A DNA stretch of 63,035 nt, the filler included, from Collodictyon triciliatum (Eukaryota), in assembly GCA_043381765.1 (NCBI GenBank). It is 44 parts of 44 records of this genome, joined end to end, with 100 filler letters (N's around TTAATTAATTAA, not from the genome) between each part and the next. Parts side by side here need not be neighbours in the genome. Positions count along the whole stretch, not along the records: positions 1 to 1,343 come from JBHJMP010011371.1; positions 1,444 to 2,786 come from JBHJMP010011372.1; positions 2,887 to 4,228 come from JBHJMP010011373.1; positions 4,329 to 5,671 come from JBHJMP010011374.1; positions 5,772 to 7,113 come from JBHJMP010011375.1; positions 7,214 to 8,554 come from JBHJMP010011376.1; positions 8,655 to 9,995 come from JBHJMP010011377.1; positions 10,096 to 11,435 come from JBHJMP010011378.1; 36 more parts are not named here. One strand, written 5' to 3'. Positions 1 to 11,934 of this stretch are shown one piece after another. A model generated the notes under the pieces. The model was not told the DNA's origin and did not search any database. It saw only the letters and a list, made by a program, of their open reading frames with translations. Each line of letters begins with the position of its first letter. Positions within the stretch are counted from its first letter, which is position 1. The position numbers were made by a program, and so were the translations under genes.

Positions 1-191
1 ATAGAAAACAATAGAAAACAATAGAAAACAATAGAAAACAATAGAAAACAATAGAAAACAATAGAAAACAATAGAAAACAATAGAAAACAATAGAAAACA
101 AAAGAAAACAAAAGAAAACAAAAGAAGAGAAGCAAAAAAAAAAATAATGAAAAAATAGGCGAGGTGCAGATGCCACATAATTTATTGCGCA

Positions 192-1151
192 TCATTCCAA
201 CAGAAGAGCCAATTGCTTGAACGAAGGACGGTCGATGGGGTTCTGGCTCCAGCATTTTTCACTCATGCTTTTCATGAAACTACCGTTCTGTGATTCCACA
301 GGAAATGCCAATCGATCTCCTCGTATCACTTTGTCCCGGATTTCTCGGTATGTCATTTCCTTGAAAGGGATATCACATGTTTCTATTTCCCATAGGACAA
401 CACCAAAACTATAGACATCTATCTTTTCGTCATACGGCTGGGACAAGAATATCTGGTGGATATTTACGATGATGTTGTTGAGATTTTTTTTTTTAAAAAA
501 AAATTAAAAGGAAGTACTGCAAAATGGGATTCATAATTTTTGCATTAGGTAGTCGTGAGTCGAAGAAATAAACACGATTATACCTCAGGAGCTTGGTAAG
601 CAAAAGTTCCGCACCGTGTCATCATTTGATTCCTGGTTTTCGTTCTGGACAATCCAAAATCGCAAATCTTTGCAGAGTAATCAGAATCCAACTGAATAAA
701 TAATCAAAAAGGAGGATTAAAGTTTGTAAGGGCCATTAATGTTTGAACAATTAGGTCAATCTAATAGCCATAATTTCAGTTTTTAATAACCCTCAAGTGC
801 ATGGAAAAACAATACAAGAATATTCGCGCTGTTGAGATTCCGATGTAAGATGGGCGGTTCTTCGGAATGCAAATAGTTCATACCAGCTATAACACTTTTC
901 ACTATTTTGCTCCTACGTACGTTACGAATGTAAATTGTAATAATTATGCCCAGAATTCATGATTATGAACGTCACCGTCGCTTTAAAGCTACATTTAATC
1001 GTCAAACCTTATTTCAGGAGTCAGTGCCGATGTCTTTTTGTTAAGGGCAGATTGTAAAGAGCCATTGGGAACAAATTCCATCACCAAGGAGAGATTTCGT
1101 GGTTTGGTGCACGCGCCGACAAACCGAACCAAGTTTAAATGAGACAATCGG
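192..1151 (-). CDS. Tyrosine-kinase-like (TKL) kinase domain, 3' part, 4 exons; catalytic-loop Asp replaced by Asn
   Basis: GT-AG spliced exons give LSHLNLVRFVGAC..LVMEFVPNGSL / IAGMNYLHSEEPPILHRNLNSANIL / AKICDFGLSR..MTRCGTFAYQAPE / DVYSFGVVLWE..CWSQNPIDRPSF, ending in TGA. Confidence 0.93.
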
Positions 1152-1343
1152 CTAAAAAGAGAAAAAAAAGAGAAAAAAAAAAAAAAAAAAAACAAAAAAA
1201 AAAAAACAAAAAAAAAAAAAAAAAAAAAAAAAAATAGAAAACAATAGAAAACAATAGAAAACAATAGAAAACAATAGAAAACAATAGAAAACAAAAAAAC
1301 AAAAAAACAAAAAACAAAAAACAAAAAAACAAAAAAACAAAAA

Positions 1344-1443
1344 NNNNNNNNNNNNNNNNNNNNNNNNNNNNNNNNNNNNNNNNNNNNTTAATTAATTAAN
1401 NNNNNNNNNNNNNNNNNNNNNNNNNNNNNNNNNNNNNNNNNNN
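1344..1443. other. Artificial contig spacer (44 N + TTAATTAATTAA + 44 N); first of 43 in the window
   Basis: Identical six-frame-stop palindrome inside N runs recurring every ~1443 to ~1427 bp; contig lengths decrease steadily. Confidence 0.98.
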
Positions 1444-2716
1444 GTCGTATTCCGGCATAGCGGAGAGCCTTCGAGGGTTGTGTGTCTTGTGTAAGCAGAT
1501 TTCGTCGTATTCCGGCGTAGTGGAGATCTTTTGCAGGTCTTGTGTGAAGCAGAATTCGTCGACGTTCGGCATAATGGGGAGCCTTTGTGGGTCTTGCGTG
1601 AAGCAGACTTCGTCGACGTTCGGCATAGTGGAGATCCTTTGCGGGTCTTGTGTGAAGCAGACTGCGTCGTAGTCCGGCATAACGCACAGCCTTTGTGGGT
1701 CTTGTCTTGTGTGAAGCAGACTTCGTCGACGTTCGGCATAACGCAGAGCCTTCGCGGGTCTTGTGAAGCAGACAGCGTCGTATTCCAGCATAGTGGAGAG
1801 CCTTCGAGGGTCTTGTGGAGCAGACTGCGTCGTCTTCCGGCATGGTGGAGAGCCTTTGAGGGTTGTGTGTCTTGTGTAAGCAGACTGCGTCGTATTCCGG
1901 CATAGTGGAGAGCCTTCGCGGGTCTTGTGAAGCAGACTGCGTCGTCTTCCGGCATAGTGCACAGCCTTTGTGGGTCTTGCGTGAAGCGGACTTCGTCGGC
2001 GTTCGGCATAGTGGAGATCCTTTGCGGGTCTTGTGGAGCAGACTGCGTCGTCTTCCGGCATGGTGGAGAGCCTTTCAGGGTTGCGTGTGTGAAGCAGACT
2101 GCGTCGTATTCCGGCATAGTGGAGAGCCTTCGATGGTTGTGTGTGAGAAGCAGACTGCGTCGTATTCGGGCATAACGCACAGCCTTTGTGGGTCTTGCGT
2201 GGAGCAGACTTCGTCGTATTCCGGCATAGTGGAGAGCCTTTGAGGGTTGTGTGTAAAGCAGACTTCGTTGTATTCGGGCATAGTGGAGAGCCATCGAGTG
2301 TTCTGTCTTGTGTGTGAAACAGACTGCGTCGTATTCCGGCATAGTGGAGGGCCTTCGAAGTTGCCTGTGAAGCAGACTTCGTCGACGTTCGGCACAGTGG
2401 AGAGCCTTCGAGGGTCTTGTGTGTGTGAAGCAGACTGCGTCGTATCCCGACATAGTGGAGAGCCTCTGCGTGTCTTGTGTGTGTGAAGCAGACTGCGTCG
2501 TATTCCGGCGTAGTGGAAAGCTTCGAGGGTTGTGTGTGAAGCAGACTGCGTCGTATTCCGGCATAGTGGAGAGCCTTTGTGGGTTGCGTGTGTGAAGCAG
2601 ACTGCGTCGTCTTCCGGCATAGTGGAGGGCCTTCGAGGGTTGTTTGTGTGAAGCAGACTGCGTATTCCGGCATAGTGGAGAGCCTTCGGGGGTTGCGTGT
2701 GTGAAGCAGACTTCGT
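1444..2716. repeat. GC-rich ~54-bp tandem repeat array (copy 1)
   Basis: Unit approx GTGTGAAGCAGACT(G/T)CGTCG(TAT/ACG)T(C/T)CGGCATAGTGGAGAGCCTTCGAGGGTCTT repeated >20 times, with length variation in the GT-rich linker. Confidence 0.97.
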
Positions 2717-2886
2717 TGCTCGATATAAAGGGCATTGGGCTTCGAATATTCCACATATCTGACACATATCGCACTATTTACACAAGNNNNNNNNNNNNNN
2801 NNNNNNNNNNNNNNNNNNNNNNNNNNNNNNTTAATTAATTAANNNNNNNNNNNNNNNNNNNNNNNNNNNNNNNNNNNNNNNNNNNN

Positions 2887-4228
2887 CTCAGTCTCAGTCT
2901 CAGTCTCAGTCTCAGTCTCAGTCTCAGTCTCAGTCTCAGTCTCAGTCTCAGTCTCAGTCTCAGTCTCAGTCTCAGTCTCAGTCTCAGTCTCAGTCTCAGT
3001 CTCAGTCATTAAGCCCGCAAATCGGTTGTCCTTTGGGCTCCTTCCTTAATACTTGTGGATTCTGTGGTCCGAGAATACCTTCAATTCCCATAAAATATCG
3101 AGTGGTACCATCGAACTCATCATTTTTGGTTGGAAAACCTATGATTAGAAATGGAGACGGAATAACATCCATTCAAAATTTTGCCAGTATTCCGGCAAAC
3201 GAGAGAACTCAAATTGAAGGATTCGTTTCGAATTTGAGTGGCTCCGCGTCTATATTGCATTCAAAAATTCGTCCGATGAGTGTGAAAGGTATTCTGTCCT
3301 CTTCAGATATTTACAAAGGAGAAAATCCTGTGAAAATACACGCATGGCTTGTCGGACCAAAAGAAGAAACAATTACCAGCGGAGGGTGCATATTGGCCTA
3401 TTTCAAAGAATTTCCAAGAGTTTCTGATTCTTGCATAAGTGATGGTGTAAACACATGTCTCCTCACTCCCAGGAACCTAGATTACTTTTTTTCAACCACA
3501 TTAGACAATTACCTGACACCTATTCTCTCCATCGACGGATATTTGATCGAATTAGAAAAGATAAGAGCAACGAAGATACCAAATTATTTTTCAGAGCAGA
3601 AAGTCAGAATGACTATGAACTTACCAAATTCACCGGTAACGCATGGCAGCACTTTTTCGGCGACTATTGACGCCATTACATGATAAGCAATTTTACAGGG
3701 CTTTAAGTTAAACATATACTTTGATTCCCAAATAATTAGAATAAAAAATATACATTGCGGGGAAAAGTACTCCGTTACCGCAAACCTTAACGAACAACCT
3801 GTTTGCGTGGTTGGTTTAAAGTATGAGTCATGTAATGTTAGCAAGACAAGAGGTGCTATCAAAGGCGCTTTATTGATGACATGGGTAATATACGACAATT
3901 TAGATATCACTAAAAACTTAACAGCTATATCCTTCACCATATCCGAAATGTCTGACATTCAAGCCGCCTCTATACTCCCGTTCGAAATAGAAGGTATTGT
4001 TCGAGATTCAGAAGGTTCAAAAGACACTGGTACTGTTGCAATATTATATGATTCCATCCGCGGTTACTATCTGACACCGAGTGTGTCAGAAGTACTGAAT
4101 ACAGCCGTTTTGAATGGGATTAAAATTAACATACCCATTTTTGTGTACGAAATTTGGGGAATCAGAGGAAAAGTTGATATTTCATCGTCCGCCGCATGTA
4201 TGATTAGTGACACATCTATGTCTTCGGT
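2887..4228 (+). pseudogene. TMEM132-like extracellular protein (cohesin-like domain plus start of Ig-like region), interrupted by in-frame TGA TAA at 3681-3686
   Basis: ORFs 3033-3683 and 3807-4228 share one frame. PVTHGSTFSATIDA..LQGFKLNIYFD is cohesin-like. SEVLNTAVLNGIKINIPIFVY..GKVDISSSAAC resembles the TMEM132 ELxNTAxLTG..P..V..C motif. Confidence 0.6.
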
Positions 4229-4499
4229 NNNNNNNNNNNNNNNNNNNNNNNNNNNNNNNNNNNNNNNNNNNNTTAATTAATTAANNNNNNNNNNNNNNNN
4301 NNNNNNNNNNNNNNNNNNNNNNNNNNNNTTTTTCTTTTTCTTTTTCTTTTTCTTTTTCTTTTTCTTTTTCTTTTTCTTTTTCTTTTTCTTTTTCTTTTTC
4401 TTTTTCTTTTTCTTTTTCTTTTTATGTTTGGTTGATGATTTTTTGGTTTAAGTGTCATAATTACTCAAATAATTTTATGAACAGAGCATCGATCAAATT

Positions 4500-5377
4500 A
4501 TACCTTGTGTGCTTCGGAATGTGTTTGGTGAATCAGACCCTGGGATAATATAATCGCATTAAATCTAACAACATAAACTCTTATATTGATATAGAATGTA
4601 GAGATAAAATATATGTCTTGTCGTGAAAGGACTTTTTCTTTTGATAGTACTCACCCTCTTCTGTAGGCCATTCATATTGATCGTGTTTTAAATTAGAACT
4701 GCCAATAATTATTTTGTTGTTGATCTTGTGCAATTTGGAAAAGAGAGTTGTTTCTGGAGCATAACTCAAGGAAACTATTTCAAAACAGTAATCAGTCAGT
4801 TGGAATCCACTTAAATTTAATAATTGTATTTTATCGAGCGGTATATTTTGTGAAAGCACACAAGAAGCGAAGATAGTATGCAATTTGGATAATGGATATC
4901 AAGTGCGCTGGACCCTCGCTTCTTTTCTTTATTCCTCGTGTTTGTTTGTTTGTTTTTGGGTTTTTTTTGTTTCTTTTTGTTTTTTTTACTGATTGATAAA
5001 TGGTTTGTGATACAAAATAATGCGTTGCTGTAAGATGAATAATTGTATATAGGGAGGTAAAGACCTAATAATAACACCAATACGGCGAACGCTCCGAGTA
5101 AACAAGCCCTTAGAAACCTGGAAAATGGTTTTAATTGCGCGTGTTATAAAATATTCTAATTCTAGTTCTTCAGAAAGAGGAAAAGATTGCTTTTATCTGA
5201 TCGTTTGGTGTTAGGTGCATGGGGGTTGGAAAAAATATTGTGTTGATATTATAGAAAAGAGCCCCATATTATACTCTGGTTGTAGAGTTTATGAATGTAA
5301 AATAATTTTAAATTAAAAAATTCATAGTGAACGAACCTCGAGTATGGTTGAATAAAGTTCACGCGGTCGTCCGTCAT
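4500..5377 (-). CDS. Multi-exon membrane protein with N-terminal anchor, possibly GPI transamidase subunit PIG-S-like
   Basis: MTDDRVNFIQPYSR|FLRACLLGAFAVLVLLLGLYLPIYNYSSY: short N-terminus, one TM helix, LG..LP motif; downstream luminal exon at ~4610-4915. Confidence 0.3.
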
Positions 5378-6142
5378 CGCTCTAAAATGCAAGGGATTTC
5401 TGAACACTTAAATAGAGTTTTCCTACAAAAAAAAAAAAAAAGAAAGAAAGAAAGAAAGAGTCAGCCCGCTTAGAAACACAAGACTGTTTTGATCGTGGTA
5501 AGCAAATCCGGCTGCTGTCCATAACTTGAAAAGGGAAGCAATAACGAAAGTGAACCAAGGATATCTTTGATGGAGTGTTTTCTTCTTTTTTTCTTTTTTT
5601 CTTTTTTTCTTTTTTTCTTTTTTTCTTTTTTTCTTTTTTTCTTTTTTTCTTTTTTTTTTTTTTTTTTTTTTNNNNNNNNNNNNNNNNNNNNNNNNNNNNN
5701 NNNNNNNNNNNNNNNTTAATTAATTAANNNNNNNNNNNNNNNNNNNNNNNNNNNNNNNNNNNNNNNNNNNNTTTTTTTTTTTTTTTTTTTTTGTTTTTTT
5801 TTTTTTTTTTTTTGTTTTTTTTTTTTGTTTTTTTTTGTTTTTTTTGTTTTTTTTTGTTTTTTTGTTTCTTGCCTTTCTTGAAGTGTCCACTTAATCACCA
5901 GTAGCACCATCATCGACATCTTTAGCATCTCCCAGTGTCGGGTTTACTGCATCGAATCATATCGTTTGTCCCTTCACTGACACGCCGGTTTGTCGTGATA
6001 ATATTGATCGGATCTCATTTTTTCTCGCCTACTAATATTAATGACTGGCATTCGAAAGTAATAAGAAAATTAACCCGTCTTTTTCTTTTTAAAGTAAAGT
6101 GTGTTTGCTGCGTGGCCAATCCTTTTCTTCCAAAAGTATTTA

Positions 6143-6806
6143 GCTTCGTCGTCACTACAAATCCTATTCAAATTGTATATTCACATAATTACCTTTTCTT
6201 ACGATTAAACAAATATATTGTCATAAATAGTCTATTAAAAACGCATCTGTATGAATAAAAAATTAGTTGTATCTATAATATAAACAAAAACTTCAACACT
6301 CTTTGTAATACCTAGCAAAGTGACGAAGTCATTTCAGTGTTTCTTCTAAAGCCACTGCAGGCCAATTCCAACCTTATGACGGATTTTGTTGTCAAACCAG
6401 AGCCCAAGGCGGAAGAAAATCCCTTTCGTAACATTGAGAGGAGCTCGTGTATACTTTATCTAATCTTCCCTTGTTATTATATTTTCTTCATCCCATTTCT
6501 CATCATCTATTTCGTTTACAAGACGATTAAAATGAAGGTAAATTCATAAGGATATCGTGCAATATTTCTTTACATACTGGACTGACTGACACAAAGAAGT
6601 CACATGTGTTATAACCCAATCTCAACCGTGTTCTTCCCATCTTTTTGCATGTATGGCTTCAGCCTCCTCAACTTTGAAGGAAAAGTTCCAAAGGTTGTTA
6701 ACAAACCAGTCACATTTCACTCAAGTGTAAAATCGTCAGGATACGGAGCTGCTTCAGTCAACTCAACGAAACCAAAGACAACTTTAACGAGATTAGGCTC
6801 ATCAGG
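6143..6806 (+). CDS. WDR27: WDR27-like protein, internal exons
   Basis: Exon 6663-6806 encodes NKPVTFHSSVKSSGYGAA, resembling the WDR27 PxxFHSKxxSSGY motif; GT-AG bounded upstream exons. Confidence 0.5.
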
Positions 6807-7213
6807 GTTTTGCATTTATAACCAGCACTTAATCATATATAGTAAATAAAAAATTTTTAAAAAAGAGTTAAACACACATACATATACCTGGCTTATATAC
6901 ACAATAATCATCTTTTCTTTTCTTTTTTCCCTTATAATTGTTTTTAAAGGAAAGACTATGACTGAATGAATAATAGCTGATTTTCAAATTGAAAAAAAAA
7001 TCGTATTTATTGGAGAAGGATGAGACTTTTGAGATGTGTTTTGATATTGCATTCTTTCATCTGACATTCTAGGAACTTACTGGAAAAAAGTGCCCCATAA
7101 ATCGTGAGCCTCTNNNNNNNNNNNNNNNNNNNNNNNNNNNNNNNNNNNNNNNNNNNNTTAATTAATTAANNNNNNNNNNNNNNNNNNNNNNNNNNNNNNN
7201 NNNNNNNNNNNNN

Positions 7214-8360
7214 AATTCGGTGCGTAGAACACTTGTCTCTTTGGTCAATTTTTCATTCGCTGAGGTAAGCTCGTTCGTCTATTTTTACACTCAATTAATG
7301 AAAAAAATCTAGCAAAATTTGATAACTTCGCAACATCACGCTATTGTTTCGTTAAACGTACTATAGATATGAGAGTCTCGTATTCTGCATGTTTGCTTTG
7401 AAGCGATTTGCTGAGAAAATCCTCCGTCTGTTTCATTTCACGAACTTGATTATTTAATTCATCCTCTCTCTTTTCAGATTCTAGGAATCTCTCCTCGTAA
7501 AAATTTGACCGCTGAAGCCAGATTATGCATTTTTTTTCAGTTTTAAAAATAACGATGATAATAAATTAGTTCATTATGTTTAAAATTGTGTTGAGCCTTT
7601 GATTTTTCTAATATATAGCCTGTTGGTATCAGAATTATCGTCTTACCTCTTTATATTTTTGAAGGTTGACTTTGTGTTCATCAATTTGTTTAGCAGCATT
7701 TTCAAGCTATGAAATCGAAGTAGTATTAATTACAAGTATAATCAAGCATTTTCTTTCCAGTTATCTTACTTTTGACTTTAATTCTAGGCATTCATCTCTG
7801 GAGAAAGTTTCAGCCACGGAATCTTCACTCTAAACGGTTAGAAGGAGAATATGACGCATAATAATAAAACCATGCTCGTTTTTATTTTGTATTAGCATGC
7901 TAAAACTGTATATGTATGTTATGATGTCATTATATCCATTCATACTGCATCAACCAAGACGCAGGAATGCTTGGAAATTCCAGCAAGTCCTAAGTTACAA
8001 AAATATTTCTCAATTAAGATAACTATGTATGGTTGCATACACATTTCCAATAAAAATTTTTTTGTCTTTTCATCGGATTTCCCATTTAAAAAAATCAATC
8101 AAGTGAAACTCACGCATGTCTACAGATATGGACATCTTTTGCATGAAATCACTAAGTTCAATAAGCCCATCGCCATCTGAAAGCAATAGAGGCGATCTAA
8201 GTGCTTATCTTTCTAAAAGGATGTGATCTGAAATGTGTATAAAAAGAAAGGAAGAAAATGAATAAATTGATCACTTGAATCCAATTGGACCATCAATCGC
8301 CTGAGCTTTTCGCTGTCCTCAGACGTTTCAGTGTCTCCGAGCAAGACAGTAAGCTAGTGG
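7214..8360 (-). CDS. Coiled-coil protein, internal exons
   Basis: Exons such as LENAAKQIDEHKVNLQKYKE and FYEERFLESEKREDELNNQVREMKQTEDFLSKSLQ are E/K/L-rich and heptad-like. Confidence 0.5.
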
Positions 8361-8654
8361 TGATACACGTTATTTAAAAGCAAATAAAGGGAAATGAATA
8401 AAGGCTGTAATTGAAGTGATACATGTAAAATTCCAGGGTTTAGGCGGGACGTAGACAAAGAGACAAAGAGACAAAGAGACAAAGAGACAAAGAGACAAAG
8501 AGACAAAGAGACAAAGAGACAAAGAGACAAAGAGACAAAGAGACAAAGAGACAANNNNNNNNNNNNNNNNNNNNNNNNNNNNNNNNNNNNNNNNNNNNTT
8601 AATTAATTAANNNNNNNNNNNNNNNNNNNNNNNNNNNNNNNNNNNNNNNNNNNN

Positions 8655-8750
<96 letters not shown>

Positions 8751-10299
8751 AGATTCATTTCGACGAATTGTATGTCCCTTGTTCGAAGATATCCGATACC
8801 ACCAAGAGAAGGATGTCTTTACATTCATCTTGCTTTCTTTTATTTACGACATTTGCCTCTTTATGTTATTTTATATCTCTCTTTTCCCAGCCCTCGAAGC
8901 GCATGCTTTTGTCTGACAAGGCGAATCATTCCCCGTGCGTGACAAAGCGCCAGACTTCAAACCGGGAGAACAACGCATTCCCTGCTCTGCTGCGCCTTCT
9001 CCTTCGATTCAGCCATCCGCTTCTGTGATGCAAAGACAACTCTGCAAAGAAACACTCTCAGAAGCAGCCACGGTCTCGCTCCTGTTGGGCTGATGATCGC
9101 GTTTGGTGTGCCTAAACACGCTCGGGTGTGGGGAATCAAAGACAGCACCGACAAACCTATGGCGATCTGCCACCCGTTACAAACGCGTTGCCGGGTATGA
9201 AAATAGTCCTGTCAATCCCAGAATTATTAATATTTCTATAGATACTGATATTACAGTATATATAAAATCATAACTCCCTGTATATTTTTTTGTCAATAAT
9301 ATTGTATTTTCCGCATATTGACACACTTGCGGAACGACCTTTGAATAATTATGGAAATTATATATAAATACATAATTCTGGTATTACATATTCATTAAAC
9401 GAATTTCAATTATACATAGTCCATTTATATATGTTGATTATATGTATGGATGAAAACCAATCTGGAAATCCACCAATATCTGACCCAATCCACAACATCC
9501 AACCTCAATATCACCAGAACGAAGCTTCCCAAGCCAGCCCCCGCCTATTCCGTTACAGTCGTTTCTATGAACATATACAAATATGGATATATTTCGATTC
9601 CCACAAACACATATCAGCCCATTGTGTTCTGTCATTCACGACCGAATTGCCGAGCCCATCAAAGACATCGCGCGAGCCTGCAGCCGGGCACGACTTCCCA
9701 CAACACGGTGTGAAATAAGGGCTCGTAAAATACTCATTTCTTTTCTTTTTCATGGTTCGGTATTGATATTGTATTTATACCAATAGTCAGACAGATAAGT
9801 CATAGATTATTAGTGTTATTATCATCATTTTTATTTTCTCCCTCCTCTCATATTTTCGTCCATACTATAGATATCCAACATATTACAAATGCAAAATAAT
9901 AATAAAATAATAATAAAATAATAATAAAATAATAATAAAATAATAATAAAATAATAATAAAATAATAATAAAATAATAATAAAATAATAATAAAANNNNN
10001 NNNNNNNNNNNNNNNNNNNNNNNNNNNNNNNNNNNNNNNTTAATTAATTAANNNNNNNNNNNNNNNNNNNNNNNNNNNNNNNNNNNNNNNNNNNNTTTGC
10101 ATCCATCGAGGCTGGTATAACAATCAACTACAAATCCTGACGACGCGAAACAGCTAGGATAGAATGTCGATTTGGCTTGATTGAATTGCAACGAAACACA
10201 TGAAATAAAATATGAGAATTTGAAACGTCGTATATTTTTCAATCTTTTGGAAAATTACTTGGACATGATATCAGTCTCGAAGTGGTATTGAGTTTCATG

Positions 10300-11078
10300 A
10301 TTCTTGAAACCTCTGCACATTTTCATTTAAGAAAAGAGAAAAGAAAAGGAAATAAGAAAATAGACCTTTCATCAGGACTCCAAAATGGATTTGCATTCAG
10401 AAAAGGTTCGCAAGCTTCGTACATCATGATAGCATTGTGTATTTCAATGTCAGAGTTTGCCAGAAATTCTCCAAAAAATATCATAAGTCAAATCTTTGGC
10501 AAAAGAAAATAAGACATAATTCAATTATCCATGGAAATCGATAAAAAATTGATGAAAAATATGAAAATTGGAAAAAATAAGGCGATGCCAGTTATTTGAT
10601 TAACCAGAACATTTGGTTATGAGTTAGTACTTCCTCCATTTTCTTCATATAATCAGAATATGAGCCCATAAATGGATCGACAGAGTTGTCGATTGCCTGA
10701 AAAGAAAACAAAGAGAAAGTGTTCATCTGACATCCAGACATGGTTTGGTTTATAAGTAAAATATACGAAGGTATTTATGGCATTTAAGTACCTCATTATC
10801 ATTTTCGCCATATCAAAGCTATTTTCATCTTGCTCATCAACATCATACTTCCAACGCGTTTCCCTTCGGAGGTGTCTGAAATCGAGGTACATGAAGGTAA
10901 AATCCACTGAATTGATATCCAAAATAATATACATCCTTGTACAAGTATCTCTGCTTATAAAGTAAAAGGTGAGCGACAAAACTAAAAATCTTTTCCAAAT
11001 GATTGTGATGTCTCTTGAATTGGGACTCTGCTCGCAGGTCTTCTCTCAGAAGTTATTGAAATAATCAAGATGCATATC
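10300..11078 (-). pseudogene. Decayed polytopic membrane protein, possibly polycystin/TRP-like channel
   Basis: Fragments HLDYFNNF*, YLNAINTFVYF, GIALFFPIFIFFINFLSI lie in shifting frames with several stops. Confidence 0.25.
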
Positions 11079-11934
11079 CTGTCAGTAAAAAAAAAAAAGA
11101 AAGGTACTCTTTTGCCTGTTATGCATAAATATTAACAAACAATCGAAAATTAAACAAATTTAGTTAGAAGAAAGACCCATTCCGGCGCACGCTCGAGGAT
11201 TCAGAGGGAGCAGGCGATGGAGAGGGTTCCCGTGTTGCTTATGATTCACTATCTGGGGATTTCAGAAATGTGATTATGAAAAACTTGTTAAAAAACTAAA
11301 ACAAACAAACAAAAACAAACAAACAAACAAAAACAAACAAACAAACAAACAAACAAACAAACAAACAAACAAACAAACAAACAAACAAACAAACAAACAA
11401 ACAAACAAACAAACAGTAAACCTATCAAAAAATAANNNNNNNNNNNNNNNNNNNNNNNNNNNNNNNNNNNNNNNNNNNNTTAATTAATTAANNNNNNNNN
11501 NNNNNNNNNNNNNNNNNNNNNNNNNNNNNNNNNNNAAAGGAAAGGAAAGGAAAGGAAAGGAAAGGAAAGGAAAGGAAAGGAAAGGAAAGGAAAGGAAAGG
11601 AAAGGAAAGGAAAGGAAAGGAAAGAAAAGAAAAGGAAAAGGAAAAGGAAAAGGAAAAGGAAAAGGAAAAGGAAAGGAGAGGAAAAAGGAGAGGAAAAAGG
11701 AAAGGAAAGGAAAGGAAAAGAAAAGAAAATAATAGAAAAAGGAAACAAAAGGATTCAACAAAATCAATAAGATATGTTTTCATTTTTGTGTTTTTATTGT
11801 GTTTTCATGGAGCGTCCTTCTGGGAAAAAGCGGAGGTCTGCTTGAAAAAACCCAGAGAATCCCTCCATCTAAAATAAATGAAATTAAGGAACATGTATTC
11901 ATATGCACGTATTAATGTTCTTACCATGTCAAGC

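Noticed and set aside
1388-1399. Regularly spaced TTAATTAATTAA palindromes resembling a repeat-spacer system
   Set aside because: Always embedded in exactly 44+44 N; an artificial six-frame-stop linker.
1392-2774. Long ORFs (460, 452, 258 aa) over the 54-bp arrays
   Set aside because: Open in several frames and on both strands because the unit lacks stops. Unit-length indels switch the peptide between frames, which argues against coding selection.
3681-3686. Stop-codon reassignment (UGA=Trp or UAR=Gln)
   Set aside because: Rpn7, PP2C and the kinase end at TGA in expected positions, and conserved exons (Rab, kinesin, S1P, PTEN) contain no in-frame TAA/TAG/TGA.
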